Part shown: positions 32,984-42,661 of the stretch, one piece after another
Numbering within the stretch: position 1 is the stretch's first letter
Layout: every line of letters begins with the position of its first letter
NCBI GenBank assembly: GCA_031390075.1
Contig: JANMTD010000621.1
Coordinates: forward strand, 1 to 43,387
Origin: Deltaproteobacteria bacterium
Lineage (GTDB): Bacteria > Myxococcota_A > UBA9160 > UBA4427
DNA length: 43,387 nt
Direction: 5' to 3'
Notes under the pieces: model-generated
Database searches by the model: none
Told to the model about the DNA's origin: nothing
Seen by the model: the letters and a program-made list of their open reading frames with translations, nothing else
Made by a program: the position numbers and the translations under genes

Positions 32984-33292
32984 CTACCAATAGCTGGCGC
33001 GAACGGTCAGATCGCCTTCGGGCCGTACGCGGCACGCGAGTCGCTGACCGGGGTCAATGCGGTTGCGCTCCTTGATGCGGCGCTCGCGCTCCGATTCCGG
33101 CGCGAGCCCTTCGGCGCCCTCCACGATCTCGAGGCCGCAGCGGGCGCACGCGCCCTCCGAGCCGCAGGCGCTCGCGATCGGGAGCCCCACCGCCTCGGTT
33201 GCATCGAGCAGCGTCATCTCGCCGGCGGCGATCTCGATGCTGCGTCCGGAGGGCAGGAACCGGATCACACAGCGGGTTCGGGCTTCGCTCAT
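32984..33292 (-). CDS. 2Fe-2S ferredoxin
   Basis: 'SACGSEGACARCG...RLACRV' gives the Cys pattern in a 102-aa protein. ATG at 33292. It lies 10 nt upstream of the CbiX(S) gene. Confidence 0.75.
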   Translation of the reverse strand: MSEARTRCVIRFLPSGRSIEIAAGEMTLLDATEAVGLPIASACGSEGACARCGLEIVEGAEGLAPESERERRIKERNRIDPGQRLACRVRPEGDLTVRASYW

Positions 33293-33447
33293 CGGGCGAT
33301 TGTAGAGGTCCAGGCCACCGGGCAGAAGCGCGCTGGTCCGAGCTTCCTCTGGGGGCCGCGAAATCGCACGCGAGCTGCCGGGCATACCGCCGCGCGCACG
33401 CCCCCGCACTGCTTTTTCGATTCGAGGGCTGGGTTAAGGTATCGGCC

Positions 33448-34173
33448 ATGTCCACGGCGGCGCTCCTCGTCATCGGCAACGAAATCCTTTCGGGCAAGGT
33501 CCGGGACACGAATTCCACCTTCCTCGCCGTCGAGCTCCGCAAGCTCGGTGTCGATCTCGAGCGCATCGTCACGATCCCCGACGTGGTCGACACGATCGCC
33601 CGTGAGACCCGGATTCTGTCCGCCGCCTACGACTACGTCTTCACCTCCGGCGGGATCGGGCCGACCCACGACGACCTCACGATGGACGGCATCGCGCTCG
33701 CCTTCGAGCGCAAGGTCGTCCTCAACCAGTCGATGATCGATCGCATGGAGCGTTATTCGAACAAGCCCGTCAACGACGCCATGCGCAAGATGGCGATGAT
33801 CCCCGACGGCTCGGAGGTGCTCGACGTCGGCGGACTCTGGTTCCCCGTCGTCGTCGTCGAGAACGTCCACATCTTCCCCGGCATTCCGGAGCTGTTCGAG
33901 AAGAAGTTCCATTCGATCCGCGACCGCTTCACCGGCGTCCCCTTCCACCTCACGAAGTTCTTCGTCCGCGAGAACGAGTCCGAGATCGCCGACATCCTGA
34001 ATGCGCTGCTGCGGGAGTTTCCCGAGCTGATGCTCGGCTCGTACCCCAAGATCAACGAGGCGAGCTACCGCGTGCTCCTGACCCTCGAGTCCCGGGACGA
34101 GAACTATCTCGCGCGGGCCGTCGAGACCCTCGCGCGCGAGCTCCCGGAAGACGCGATCCATCGCATCGAGTGA
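33448..34173 (+). CDS. CinA-N-like / MoCF-binding (molybdopterin-binding) domain protein
   Basis: 'ALLVIGNEILSGKVRDTNS' and 'VFTSGGIGPTHDDLT' are present. Confidence 0.8.
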   Translation: MSTAALLVIGNEILSGKVRDTNSTFLAVELRKLGVDLERIVTIPDVVDTIARETRILSAAYDYVFTSGGIGPTHDDLTMDGIALAFERKVVLNQSMIDRMERYSNKPVNDAMRKMAMIPDGSEVLDVGGLWFPVVVVENVHIFPGIPELFEKKFHSIRDRFTGVPFHLTKFFVRENESEIADILNALLREFPELMLGSYPKINEASYRVLLTLESRDENYLARAVETLARELPEDAIHRIE

Positions 34174-34191
34174 CCCGGGAGTGAATCGAGA

Positions 34192-34623
34192 GTGACGCAA
34201 GCGACCCTCCTGCGCCTGCTCGCCTTCGTCCATCCCGCCTGGATGCTGGCGAGCGTCGCCCTCGCGATCGCGACGGCTCGGCTCGGGCTCGAGATCCGCA
34301 AGCGGCGCGCGAGCGGACGGGTCGTCGGCCCGGAGCTGCGCCGGCGACATCTCCGGCTCGGCAAGTTGGCGATCGCGCTGGTGCTCGTCGGCTTCGTGCT
34401 CGGCTCGGCCTCGATGGTCTGGCTGCGGGAGCGCGCCGCGTTCGACAGCTTTCACGGCATCCTGGGCATCATCGTGAGCGGGCTCTTTGCCTGGACCGGG
34501 CTCTCCGGCCGAGCGCTTGCACGCGGGGATCAGGCGGCGCGCGGCGTCCATCGCCTGGTGGCGGCGGCGAGCATCGGCGCGGCCCTGCTCTCGGCGGTCG
34601 CGGGGTTCGTGCTGCTGCCTTGA
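34192..34623 (+). CDS. DUF4079-like membrane protein (4 TM segments)
   Basis: Hydrophobic segments with conserved His residues are present (FVHPAWMLASVALAIA; FHGILGIIVSGLFAWTG). GTG start. Confidence 0.55.
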   Translation: MTQATLLRLLAFVHPAWMLASVALAIATARLGLEIRKRRASGRVVGPELRRRHLRLGKLAIALVLVGFVLGSASMVWLRERAAFDSFHGILGIIVSGLFAWTGLSGRALARGDQAARGVHRLVAAASIGAALLSAVAGFVLLP

Positions 34624-34645
34624 CGCGGGGGCGGGGGCGAGGCAC

Positions 34646-35746
34646 CTAACGTCGCGGGTCGGGGAGCACGTCGACGGTGCGCTGGCGAAGCCAGTGGTCC
34701 GCGAGGGTGAGGCAGACCATCGCCTCGACCATCGGGACGGCGCGCGGGAGCACGCACGGATCATGGCGGCCGCCGGCCTCGAGGACGACGGCCTCGCCCG
34801 CGCGATTGACCGTGTTCTGCGCGACGCGCACCGTCGCCGTCGGCTTGAAGGCGACCCGCAGCAGGATCGACTCCCCGTTGCTGATGCCGCCCTGGATCCC
34901 GCCGGAGCGATTGGTCGTCGTGCGCGTGCGGCCCGTGGGGTCGGTCGTGAAGGGGTCGTTGTGCTCGCTGCCGGTCAGCGCCGTGCCGGCGAAGCCCGAG
35001 CCGATCTCGAAGCCCTTTGCCGCCGGGAGCGAGATCAGCGCCTTCGCGAGATCGGCCTCGAGCTTGTCGAAGACGGGCTCGCCGAGGCCTGCCGGGACAT
35101 GGCGGGCGACACACTCGACGACACCCCCGACCGAATCCCCGCGCCGCCGGACCTCGTCGATCAGCGCGTACATCCGCCCGGCGGCCTCCGCGTCGGGGCA
35201 GCGCACGTCGTTCGCCTCGATCTCCGCGAGCCGCACGCTCTCGGGATCGACCTTCGAATCGATCGCCTGGACCCGGCTGACCCAGGCGAGGACCTCGATC
35301 CCGGCCACCGTTCGCAACAGTTTCCTCGCGATCGCCCCCGCCGCGACGCGGCCGATCGTCTCCCGCGCGCTCGCGCGGCCCCCGCCCTGCCAATTGCGGA
35401 TCCCGTACTTCGCCTCGGTCGTGAAGTCCGCATGCGAGGGCCGGAAGAGGTCGCGCATGTCTTCGTAGGCGCTCGGGCGCGCGTCCTGGTTTCGGACGAG
35501 CAGCGCGATGGGACTGCCGATCGTCGTGCCTTCGAAGACGCCGGAGAGGATCTCGACCTTGTCCGCTTCCTGGCGCGGCGTCGTCAGCACGCTCTGCCCG
35601 GGACGCCGGCGGTCGAGGTCCGCCTGGATCTCGGCCACGTCGATCGCCAGCCGCGGCGGACAGCCCTCGACCACGACGCCGACGCCGCCGCCGTGGGACT
35701 CGCCGAAGGTCGCGATGCGGAAGGCCTGGCCGAAAACGCTGCCCAT
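34646..35746 (-). CDS. aroC: Chorismate synthase
   Basis: '[15 protein letters not shown]', 'RRPGQS', 'RPSHAD', '[10 protein letters not shown]', 'GGISNGE' and 'GRHDPCV' are present. ATG at 35746; the upstream part of the track ORF is spurious. Confidence 0.95.
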   Translation of the reverse strand: MGSVFGQAFRIATFGESHGGGVGVVVEGCPPRLAIDVAEIQADLDRRRPGQSVLTTPRQEADKVEILSGVFEGTTIGSPIALLVRNQDARPSAYEDMRDLFRPSHADFTTEAKYGIRNWQGGGRASARETIGRVAAGAIARKLLRTVAGIEVLAWVSRVQAIDSKVDPESVRLAEIEANDVRCPDAEAAGRMYALIDEVRRRGDSVGGVVECVARHVPAGLGEPVFDKLEADLAKALISLPAAKGFEIGSGFAGTALTGSEHNDPFTTDPTGRTRTTTNRSGGIQGGISNGESILLRVAFKPTATVRVAQNTVNRAGEAVVLEAGGRHDPCVLPRAVPMVEAMVCLTLADHWLRQRTVDVLPDPRR

Positions 35747-36000
35747 GGGTCGAAGGAGCTCCGTGTACGGGGGTCGATGGACGGCGCGGAGGGTATCGCT
35801 TGTGGGGCGCCGGTGCCGAGCGCGGACCCGTCCTCCGGTGAAGCCCCGGGACCGATGCCGGGATTGTCCCCGGCGAAACCGGTGAATCTCGTTCCAATGA
35901 CAGTGCAACGCTGCCGCAGGACTAAAGCTCTGACGCCCCCGCGACGACATTTTTCCAGACGGGGACTCCTGGAAACATCGGGTCGAAGAGGTGAGGCGAG

Positions 36001-37497
36001 ATGCGGATCGAGCGGATCGAGGAGACCACCGAGGCGAATCGGGTCGCGGCCGCGAGCGTCGCACGGGGCCGCGCCCTCGACGGCCCGGAGGCTGCCCCGG
36101 ACTCCCGCGTCGCCCGGCTATTTTCCGCGCTGGCCCGCCTGCTCTCGTGCTCCCCCGCCGGCGCCCACGCAAAGACCCGTACCGCCGTGCTCGCCGACGC
36201 GAGCCGGCTGCTCGGCACCGCCCTCGGCGCCGATCACGTCGGGATCTATCTGTCGGGGGAGCTGGTCGAGTCCAGGCCCGATCCGTCGTCGACGCCCACC
36301 CCCGCGCCCTTCCTGCTCGCAGCCCGCTATTCGCGCCTCGGGCTCGCGGGCGACGTGGCGTTCGACGGCCTCGAGGCGATCGACCTCTCGCCCGACGACG
36401 ACGCGGGCCGTCGCCTGGTCGAAGGTCGCTCGGCGAGGGTCTTCCGCCCGCTGGCACACCGCCGCCGTCGTGTTGTCGGGCCGAGTTTCTCCGCCGCCGG
36501 CTGGTCGCGAATCCACGCGACGCTGCGTGTTCCCTGTCCCGGGCAGAACGGCCTGCTCGCCCTGATCACCCTCGACGGCCCCTTCCTCGACTCCCGCGCC
36601 TCGCGAACCCTCGTCGAGCAGGCCGAGGCCGCCGCGAGCTGGGTCGCGAGCTATCTCGAGCGCGACCGCCTCGCTCGGGAGCTCGAATCGATGCGGGCCG
36701 AGATGCGGGCGGAGAAGGCGCGCACCGAGCGCCTCGCTGCCCTCGGTCGTGTGGCGAGCTCCGCCGCCCATGACTTCAACAACGTGCTGACGGCGATCCT
36801 GGGTCATGCGGATCTGCTCGAGCTCGAGCTGCCGGCGGCTGCGGTCGCCACACGCGGGCTCGAGGACCTCGACGAGATTCGAGTGGCCGTGACGCGCGGC
36901 GCGAAGCTCGTCGAAGAGCTGCTCGCCTTCGGACGCAAGCGGCCTGCGGGCGAGCAGGAGATCGATCTCGCCCGATCGCTGGCGGGGCTCGACAGCATGC
37001 TCCGCCGTGTCGCCGGAGACGGCATCGAGGTCGAAGCGCGGATCGAGGCGGGGCTTCCGGCCGTGCGCATGGATCTCGAGCGCTTCGAGCGCCTGCTCGT
37101 GAACCTCGTCGTCAATGCGCGGCATGCGATCGAGGCTCGTCCGGGGCAGCAGGGACGGATCGAGCTCTCGCTCGATCGAGTCCGCGACGGCATCGGCGCG
37201 GCGGGCGGTGAGTCGGTTCGTCTGCGCGTGCGCGACAACGGCTGCGGCATGGACGCGATCGTCAAGCGGCGTCTCTTCGAGCCCGTTTTCACGACCCGCG
37301 GCAGCGAAGGCGGAACCGGTCTCGGCCTCGCCGACGTCGCCGATTTCGCGCGAGCGGCGGGTGCGACGATCGCGGTCCAGAGCGAGCCGGGCGCCGGCAC
37401 GACGCTCGAGCTGCGTTTCCCGACGACGCTCGACTCCGCCTGTTCCGCGCCCTCGCCCGCACCGCCGCACTCCTCGCACTCCCTGCGCGCCCTGTGA
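36001..37497 (+). CDS. Cytoplasmic sensor histidine kinase (GAF-like N-terminal domain, HisKA, HATPase_c)
   Basis: H-box '[21 protein letters not shown]', N-box 'LVVNARHA', G1 'DNGCGMD' and G2 'GTGLGLA'. There is no TM segment and no adjacent response regulator. Confidence 0.85.
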   Translation: MRIERIEETTEANRVAAASVARGRALDGPEAAPDSRVARLFSALARLLSCSPAGAHAKTRTAVLADASRLLGTALGADHVGIYLSGELVESRPDPSSTPTPAPFLLAARYSRLGLAGDVAFDGLEAIDLSPDDDAGRRLVEGRSARVFRPLAHRRRRVVGPSFSAAGWSRIHATLRVPCPGQNGLLALITLDGPFLDSRASRTLVEQAEAAASWVASYLERDRLARELESMRAEMRAEKARTERLAALGRVASSAAHDFNNVLTAILGHADLLELELPAAAVATRGLEDLDEIRVAVTRGAKLVEELLAFGRKRPAGEQEIDLARSLAGLDSMLRRVAGDGIEVEARIEAGLPAVRMDLERFERLLVNLVVNARHAIEARPGQQGRIELSLDRVRDGIGAAGGESVRLRVRDNGCGMDAIVKRRLFEPVFTTRGSEGGTGLGLADVADFARAAGATIAVQSEPGAGTTLELRFPTTLDSACSAPSPAPPHSSHSLRAL

Positions 37498-37628
37498 CGG
37501 AGGCCCGCCTGATTCCCGTCTAGCGGCGCTATCGCGTGCGTTTACAACACCTGCGATCGTCCCCTCGCGCTCGCCCGTCGCCCGATTCGATCGGTTACCC
37601 TGCCCCGAAGTCGGCGCGAGGAGGGCGG

Positions 37629-38837
37629 ATGCGCGAGTGGTTGTACGACGTGTTTCGCGAACGTCCCTGGTGGATGAGCGCCTGCATGATCTTCTGCGCG
37701 TACATGGCCTTCCTCTATGTGCCGTGGGATCTCTTCGTGAAGCCGGTGGCGAGGGACGAAGAGGTCTGGTTCGGGATCGAGCTCCGGGGCTATCTCGCGA
37801 AGCTCGGCGCGCTGGTGCACTGGTTCGTGTACGGCACCGCGATCTACGGCTTTCGCCGCCGCCGGCCGTGGATGGCGCTCTGGGCACCGGCCTACGTGGC
37901 CCAGATCGCCTTCAGCATCTACGTCTGGAAGGCGCTCGAGACCGGCGGGACGAGCGGTCTCGTCGTCGGGCTGCTCTACGCGCTGCCGATGGCGGGCCTC
38001 GCGTTCGCCTTCTGGTATTCCCGCGACTACTTCGCGCCGCGACCCCTGGGCCTGGTCACGCGCTACGGCGAGTGGGCGCTCGTGACGGGCGCCTCGTCCG
38101 GGATCGGCGCCGAGCTGTCGCGCCAGATCGCGGCCGACGGCATGAACGTCGTCCTCTCCGCCCGGCGCGGGGATCGACTGGTGCGCCTCGCCGGGGAGAT
38201 CGAGAAGGAATCGGGTGTCGCGACGCGCGTCGTCGTGGCGGATCTGTCCGAGCGCGATGGGCAGGCCGCAGTCCTCGCGGGCGTCGCCGACCTCGAGATC
38301 GGGCTACTCGTGAACAACGCGGGGGTCGGCTACCAGGGCCGCTTCGACCTGCAGGACGGCGAGCGGCTGCGGCAGCTCGTGGCGGTCAACTGCGAGGCGC
38401 CGCTCGTGCTGACGCATGCGCTCGCCCGCCGGATGTGCGCGCGCGGTCGCGGGGCGGTTCTCTTTACGGGCTCGGCGGCGGGCCACCAGCCGCTCCCGCT
38501 CCACGCGGTCTACGCGGCGACCAAGGCCTTCGACCGGATTCTCGGCGAATCGCTTTGGGGCGAGCTGCGGGCGGCCAACATCGACGTCGCGGTGCTCGAG
38601 CCCGGATCGACGCAGACCGAGTTCCAGGCGGTCGCCGGCGAGCTCGCGCATCCAGGGGATTCCGTCGAGATCGTGGCACGGACGGGGCTCGAGGCGCTCG
38701 GCCAACAGCCCTCGGTGTTGGTCGGCTGGTACAACTGGCTGCGGGCGAATCTCGCGTCGCGCCTGCTGACGCGGCCGGTCGCGATCCACGCCGCCCACAC
38801 CGTGATGGCCGCGCAGACACCCGAGGACATGCGCTAG
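37629..38837 (+). CDS. Membrane-anchored short-chain dehydrogenase/reductase (N-terminal domain of about 4 TM segments fused to a classical SDR)
   Basis: N-terminal hydrophobic helices (WWMSACMIFCAYMAFLYV; LGALVHWFVYGTAIYGF; WAPAYVAQIAFSIYVW; LVVGLLYALPMAGLAFAFW). SDR motifs 'VTGASSGIG', 'NNAG' and 'YAATKAF'. Confidence 0.8.
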   Translation: MREWLYDVFRERPWWMSACMIFCAYMAFLYVPWDLFVKPVARDEEVWFGIELRGYLAKLGALVHWFVYGTAIYGFRRRRPWMALWAPAYVAQIAFSIYVWKALETGGTSGLVVGLLYALPMAGLAFAFWYSRDYFAPRPLGLVTRYGEWALVTGASSGIGAELSRQIAADGMNVVLSARRGDRLVRLAGEIEKESGVATRVVVADLSERDGQAAVLAGVADLEIGLLVNNAGVGYQGRFDLQDGERLRQLVAVNCEAPLVLTHALARRMCARGRGAVLFTGSAAGHQPLPLHAVYAATKAFDRILGESLWGELRAANIDVAVLEPGSTQTEFQAVAGELAHPGDSVEIVARTGLEALGQQPSVLVGWYNWLRANLASRLLTRPVAIHAAHTVMAAQTPEDMR

Positions 38838-38861
38838 GCGCGCCGAAGGAGCAGTGACGGG

Positions 38862-39305
38862 ATGGCGCAGGCCTACTGGCTGATGAAATCCGAGCCCTCC
38901 AAGTACGCGTGGGACGACCTCGTGCGCGATGGCTCGACCTACTGGGATGGTGTGCGGAACTACGAGGCCCGCAACAACCTGGCGGCGATGAAGTGCGGCG
39001 ACCTCGCCCTCTACTACCACTCGAACGAGGGCAAGGAGGTCGTCGGCGTCGTCGAGGTCGTGAAGGAGGCGTATCCCGATCCGACGACCGACGACGAGCG
39101 CTGGGTCGTGGTCGAGATCGAGCCGCGAGTGGCCTTCCGAGAGGCCGTCTCGCTCGGCACGATCAAGGCGGATCCGAAGCTCTCGGAGATCCAGCTGGTG
39201 CGCCGTGGGCGGCTGTCGGTCGTCCCGCTCACGCCGGTTGAGTTCCGGTACGTCCTCGAGCTCGGCAAGACCGCGCTGCCCGCGCGCAAGTCGAAGCGGC
39301 GCTAG
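38862..39305 (+). CDS. EVE (PUA-like) domain protein
   Basis: 'YWLMKSEPSKYAWDDL...WDGVRNYEARNNL..MK.GD...YHSN' is the typical EVE-domain opening. Confidence 0.8.
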   Translation: MAQAYWLMKSEPSKYAWDDLVRDGSTYWDGVRNYEARNNLAAMKCGDLALYYHSNEGKEVVGVVEVVKEAYPDPTTDDERWVVVEIEPRVAFREAVSLGTIKADPKLSEIQLVRRGRLSVVPLTPVEFRYVLELGKTALPARKSKRR

Positions 39306-39787
39306 TCCCCGAGCGCGGCGAGCGCGTCGGCGTACTCGTTCCAGCGCAGCCCCTCGTGGGCGCGGATCCAGTGCAGCTCGATTCGCGGCTTCGCCTTCGC
39401 GAGCGAGTAGAGCTGCTTCACGAGGTCGAGATTCTTGATCGGCCCGCCCTTGCGGGTCCAGCCGCGCCGCTCCCAACCGACCGCCCATTCGTTGACCGTG
39501 TTGACGCAGAGCTGGCTGTCGGAATGGACGACCAGGTCCCGGTCGTCGGGCAAGGCTTGAAAAGCCTCGATCAGCGCCCGCAGCTCCATCCGGTTGTTGG
39601 TCGTATCGGGCTCGCGTCCATGGCCTTCGGCCTTGATCTGGCCGCGCTCGACCCAGACCCAGCCCCAGCCTCCGGGCCCCGGATTCGGCTCGCAGGAGCC
39701 GTCGGTGAAGACACCGTCCTCGGGGCCGTCGAAATGGGACTCGAGGACCTCCTCGGGCGTCAGCTGTCGCGATCCGCGCTGGGACAT
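39302..39787 (-). CDS. rnhA: Ribonuclease HI
   Basis: 'TDGSCEPNPGPGGWG', 'TNNRMEL', 'VHSDSQL', 'W..RGW' and 'HEGLRWNEYADALA' carry the DEDD/H catalytic contexts. Confidence 0.9.
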   Translation of the reverse strand: MSQRGSRQLTPEEVLESHFDGPEDGVFTDGSCEPNPGPGGWGWVWVERGQIKAEGHGREPDTTNNRMELRALIEAFQALPDDRDLVVHSDSQLCVNTVNEWAVGWERRGWTRKGGPIKNLDLVKQLYSLAKAKPRIELHWIRAHEGLRWNEYADALAALGD

Positions 39788-40881
39788 CAGGCGCTCACCC
39801 GGAAAAACACGACGTCGCCGTCCTTCACGATGTAGTCCTTGCCCTCGACCTGCATGACGCCCTTCGCCTTGGCGGCCGCTTCGCCCCCGTTCGCGAGGTA
39901 GGCGTCGAAGGGGATCACCTCGGCGCGGATGAAGTGCTTCTCGAAATCCGAGTGGATCTCGGCGGCGGCGCGCGGCGCGGGGGTGCCGCGGCGGACGGTC
40001 CAGGCGCGGATCTCCTTCGGGCCCGCGGTGAAGTAGGTGATGAGGTCGAGCAGCGCGTAGGCGGCCCGGATCAGGCGATTCAGGCCCGGCTCCTCGATGC
40101 CGAGGCTCGCCAGGAACTCGCGCTTCTCGTCGGGGGCGAGCTCCGCCAGCTCCGCCTCGATCTTTCCGCAGATGCGGACGACCTGGGCGCCCTGCTCCTC
40201 TGCGAGGGCCTCGAGGGAGGCGCTGTGGGCGTTGCCGGAGGCCAGGGAGTCCTCGTCGACGTTCGCCACGTAGAGGACGGGCTTGGCGGTCAGCAGATGG
40301 GCGTCGTGGAAGGCGGGGCGCAGCAGATCCGGAACCTCGAAGGTCCGGGCGGGCAGGCCCCGGGCGAGGTGCCCCTGGAGGGCTTCGAAGAACTCGACCT
40401 CCTGCTTCGCGGCCTTGTCCCCCGAGCGGGCGATCTTGCGGGACCGGTCGGTCCGCTTCTCGACGGACTCGAGATCGGCGAGCCCGAGCTCGATTTCGAT
40501 CGTCTCGACGTCGCGCCGCGGGTTCGGGCCGCCGTCGACGTGGACCACGTTCTCGTCGTCGAAGCAGCGGACGACGTGGAGAATGGCGTTCGTCTCGCGG
40601 ATATTCCCGAGGAACTGGTTCCCGAGCCCCTCACCTTTCGAGGCGCCCTTCACCAGGCCCGCGATGTCGACGAACTCGACCGTCGTCGCCACGACCGATT
40701 GGGAGTGGACGATGTCCTGGAGCTGGTCGAGGCGCTGGTCGGGGACGACGACGACGCCCGTATTGGGCTCGATCGTGCAGAACGGATAGTTCTCCGCCTG
40801 GATCCCCGCCGCGGTGAGTGCGTTGAAGAGGGTGCTCTTCCCGACGTTCGGGAGGCCGACGATGCCGCATGTGAGTCCCAT
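39787..40881 (-). CDS. ychF: Ribosome-binding ATPase YchF
   Basis: 'GIVGLPNVGKSTLFNALT', 'NYPFCTIEPN', 'DIAGLVKGAS.GEGLGN.FL' and a C-terminal TGS-like 'GKDYIVKDGDVVFFR' are present. Confidence 0.95.
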   Translation of the reverse strand: MGLTCGIVGLPNVGKSTLFNALTAAGIQAENYPFCTIEPNTGVVVVPDQRLDQLQDIVHSQSVVATTVEFVDIAGLVKGASKGEGLGNQFLGNIRETNAILHVVRCFDDENVVHVDGGPNPRRDVETIEIELGLADLESVEKRTDRSRKIARSGDKAAKQEVEFFEALQGHLARGLPARTFEVPDLLRPAFHDAHLLTAKPVLYVANVDEDSLASGNAHSASLEALAEEQGAQVVRICGKIEAELAELAPDEKREFLASLGIEEPGLNRLIRAAYALLDLITYFTAGPKEIRAWTVRRGTPAPRAAAEIHSDFEKHFIRAEVIPFDAYLANGGEAAAKAKGVMQVEGKDYIVKDGDVVFFRVSA

Positions 40882-41187
40882 GGGAGGCGCATGTTCCCGA
40901 ATTCCCGCGCCCCTGTCATGTCGTCCGCGGGCCTCCGTTCGGATGGTTTTGCCCGCGCTTCGGATCCGTTGGAAACCGCGTTCTGATCTAACTGGGGATT
41001 AGTTTCGGTCGACCCGAAGATTCTTCTTTTCACACGGGCGCCAAGTGTGAGACATTGCACATACGACAGACAGTCGGGGTGGGGATCAGACGGATCGAGG
41101 CACCGTCGGCTTGTTCGCCCGGATTCGAGTTTGAGATCGCGAGATCGAAGGCCACGCGAAGGCGGCATCGCTCGCCGCCAAAAAACG

Positions 41188-41251
41188 GAAGCTGGGACCG
41201 AAGCAGTTCGGAACAGAAGCAGTTCGGAACAGAAGCTGAGAGCCGAAGTAG
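41188..41251. repeat. Nested direct repeats: 16-nt aagcagttcggaacag x2 (41201-41232), flanked by 19-20-nt imperfect copies gaagctgRgaSccgaagYag
   Basis: Read directly: GAAGCTGGGACCGAAGCAGttcggaacagAAGCAGTTCGGAACAGAAGCTGAGAGCCGAAGTAG. Confidence 0.85.
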
Positions 41252-41542
41252 AAAACAGCAGGTCGAAAGTTTGAGCATGCCGGGGTCGTGAAGCGACGGC
41301 TCCGGGGATCGCAACCCACCCGAGCAATTTCGAGCCCGCCGCAGGTCGCGGAGTTTCGAGGGTGAAGAGGGGCGATCCCAGTGCGCGGTATCTGGGAAGG
41401 GCCGCTGACGACCTGTGCGTGACCGAGACGGCCGCTCGATCGAATGACATGAGTCCGGAGAGCGTTCTCACCTGATTCGGCGGGGACCGTGCATCGGAAA
41501 ACGACGCAGGGTCTCCGCCGATTTTCATTCAGGCCCTCGCAC

Positions 41543-42661
41543 TCACGGATTCGCGGCGAGGCGAGCCAGCTCGCCGTCGATCACGCGACTCAGGTCCTTG
41601 ACGTCGCGGGAGCCCTTGAGCGGGATGCCGTTCACGAAGAATGCGGGCGTGCCTGTGACCCCGGCGGCCTCTCCGGCCTTGGCGTCGTTCGTGACGTAAT
41701 CCTTGAAGGTCCGCTCCGAGATGCAGCTCGCGAGCGCCTTGCCGTCGAGTCCGAGCGCTTCGCCGATCGCGCCGAAGCTCTTCTCGTCGATCTTTCCGTT
41801 CAAGGCGAAGATCGCGTCGTGGAACTCCCAGAAGCGGCCCTGCGCATCGGCGCACATGGCGGCCTCGGCGGCCGGCCGTGCGAACGGATGGATCTGGTCG
41901 AGCGGAAAATGGCGCTGGACCAGGCGCACGTCCTTCGGATATTTAGCGAGCACCTCCGCCAGCACCTTCTCGGAGCTGATGCAGTACGGACACTGATAGT
42001 CGCTGAAGGTGATCAGCGTGATGCGCGCGTTCTCGGGCCCGCGCACGAGCTTCGTGGCCTCGATCGATTGACGCGGAGGCGCGAGCTCCATGCTCCACGA
42101 GAGCGCCGCGAGCTTCGGGTCGATGAAGGCATTCCAGGTCTCGCTCTTCCGCTCCTGGGTCAGCATCTGCTCGATCTGCGGGGCGACCTCCTCGAGGCGC
42201 GCGCCGCGCAGCCGGGCTTCGTTCTGCTTGAACCAGGTCGATACGTCCTCGACCGAAACGGCCGGTGCCGCCGCCGTCACCTCGTCGAAGAGCGCCTCGG
42301 CCGTCACGCCCTTCTTCTTCGCTTCGGCATCGACGACGTGGCGCTGCACGAGCTCGCGCACGGCCGCCTCGCGCATCTCGTACTGGCGATCCTCGGGCTG
42401 GCGCAGGAACTCCTCGAGGAATTGGTCCTTCATTCGCTCGTTGAGCTCACCCACGTTGATCTCGCGGCCATCGAGCACGAGGGCGACCTGCTCATCGCCC
42501 GGCCGGGGCTCGTCTTTCGCGCTCTCGCCGTCGCTCGCGCCGGGGTCGAGTCGACCGCACCCGAGCAGCAGCGAGACGAGAAGCGAAAAGAGCAGCGCGA
42601 GGCCGGCGAGCGGGCGTACCGGGGCCAGGGAGAGCGATCGTCGGTCGCGGGGATTTTTCAT
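41543..42661 (-). CDS. DsbA-family thiol:disulfide oxidoreductase lipoprotein with an N-terminal chaperone-like extension
   Basis: Lipobox 'LLLGCG' and active site 'FSDYQCPYCISS', plus 'GVTGTPAFFVNG'. ATG at 42661 overlaps the tgt stop as ATGA. The upstream part of the track ORF is off-frame within tgt. Confidence 0.85.
   Translation of the reverse strand: MKNPRDRRSLSLAPVRPLAGLALLFSLLVSLLLGCGRLDPGASDGESAKDEPRPGDEQVALVLDGREINVGELNERMKDQFLEEFLRQPEDRQYEMREAAVRELVQRHVVDAEAKKKGVTAEALFDEVTAAAPAVSVEDVSTWFKQNEARLRGARLEEVAPQIEQMLTQERKSETWNAFIDPKLAALSWSMELAPPRQSIEATKLVRGPENARITLITFSDYQCPYCISSEKVLAEVLAKYPKDVRLVQRHFPLDQIHPFARPAAEAAMCADAQGRFWEFHDAIFALNGKIDEKSFGAIGEALGLDGKALASCISERTFKDYVTNDAKAGEAAGVTGTPAFFVNGIPLKGSRDVKDLSRVIDGELARLAANP

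Noticed and set aside
41161-41185. GC hairpin ggcggc-atcgctc-gccgcc next to an A6/T6 run, considered as a terminator for the DsbA-like gene.
   Set aside because: On the plus strand the stem is followed by A residues. On the minus strand the U-run precedes the stem. Neither orientation gives hairpin-then-U geometry.
41030-41319. Short ORFs in the ychF-upstream spacer: 41030-41314(-), 41055-41291(+), 41047-41274(+) and 41086-41319(-).
   Set aside because: Four mutually overlapping frames all read through the tandem repeats. Codon usage is unlike the neighbouring genes, and no family resemblance is visible.
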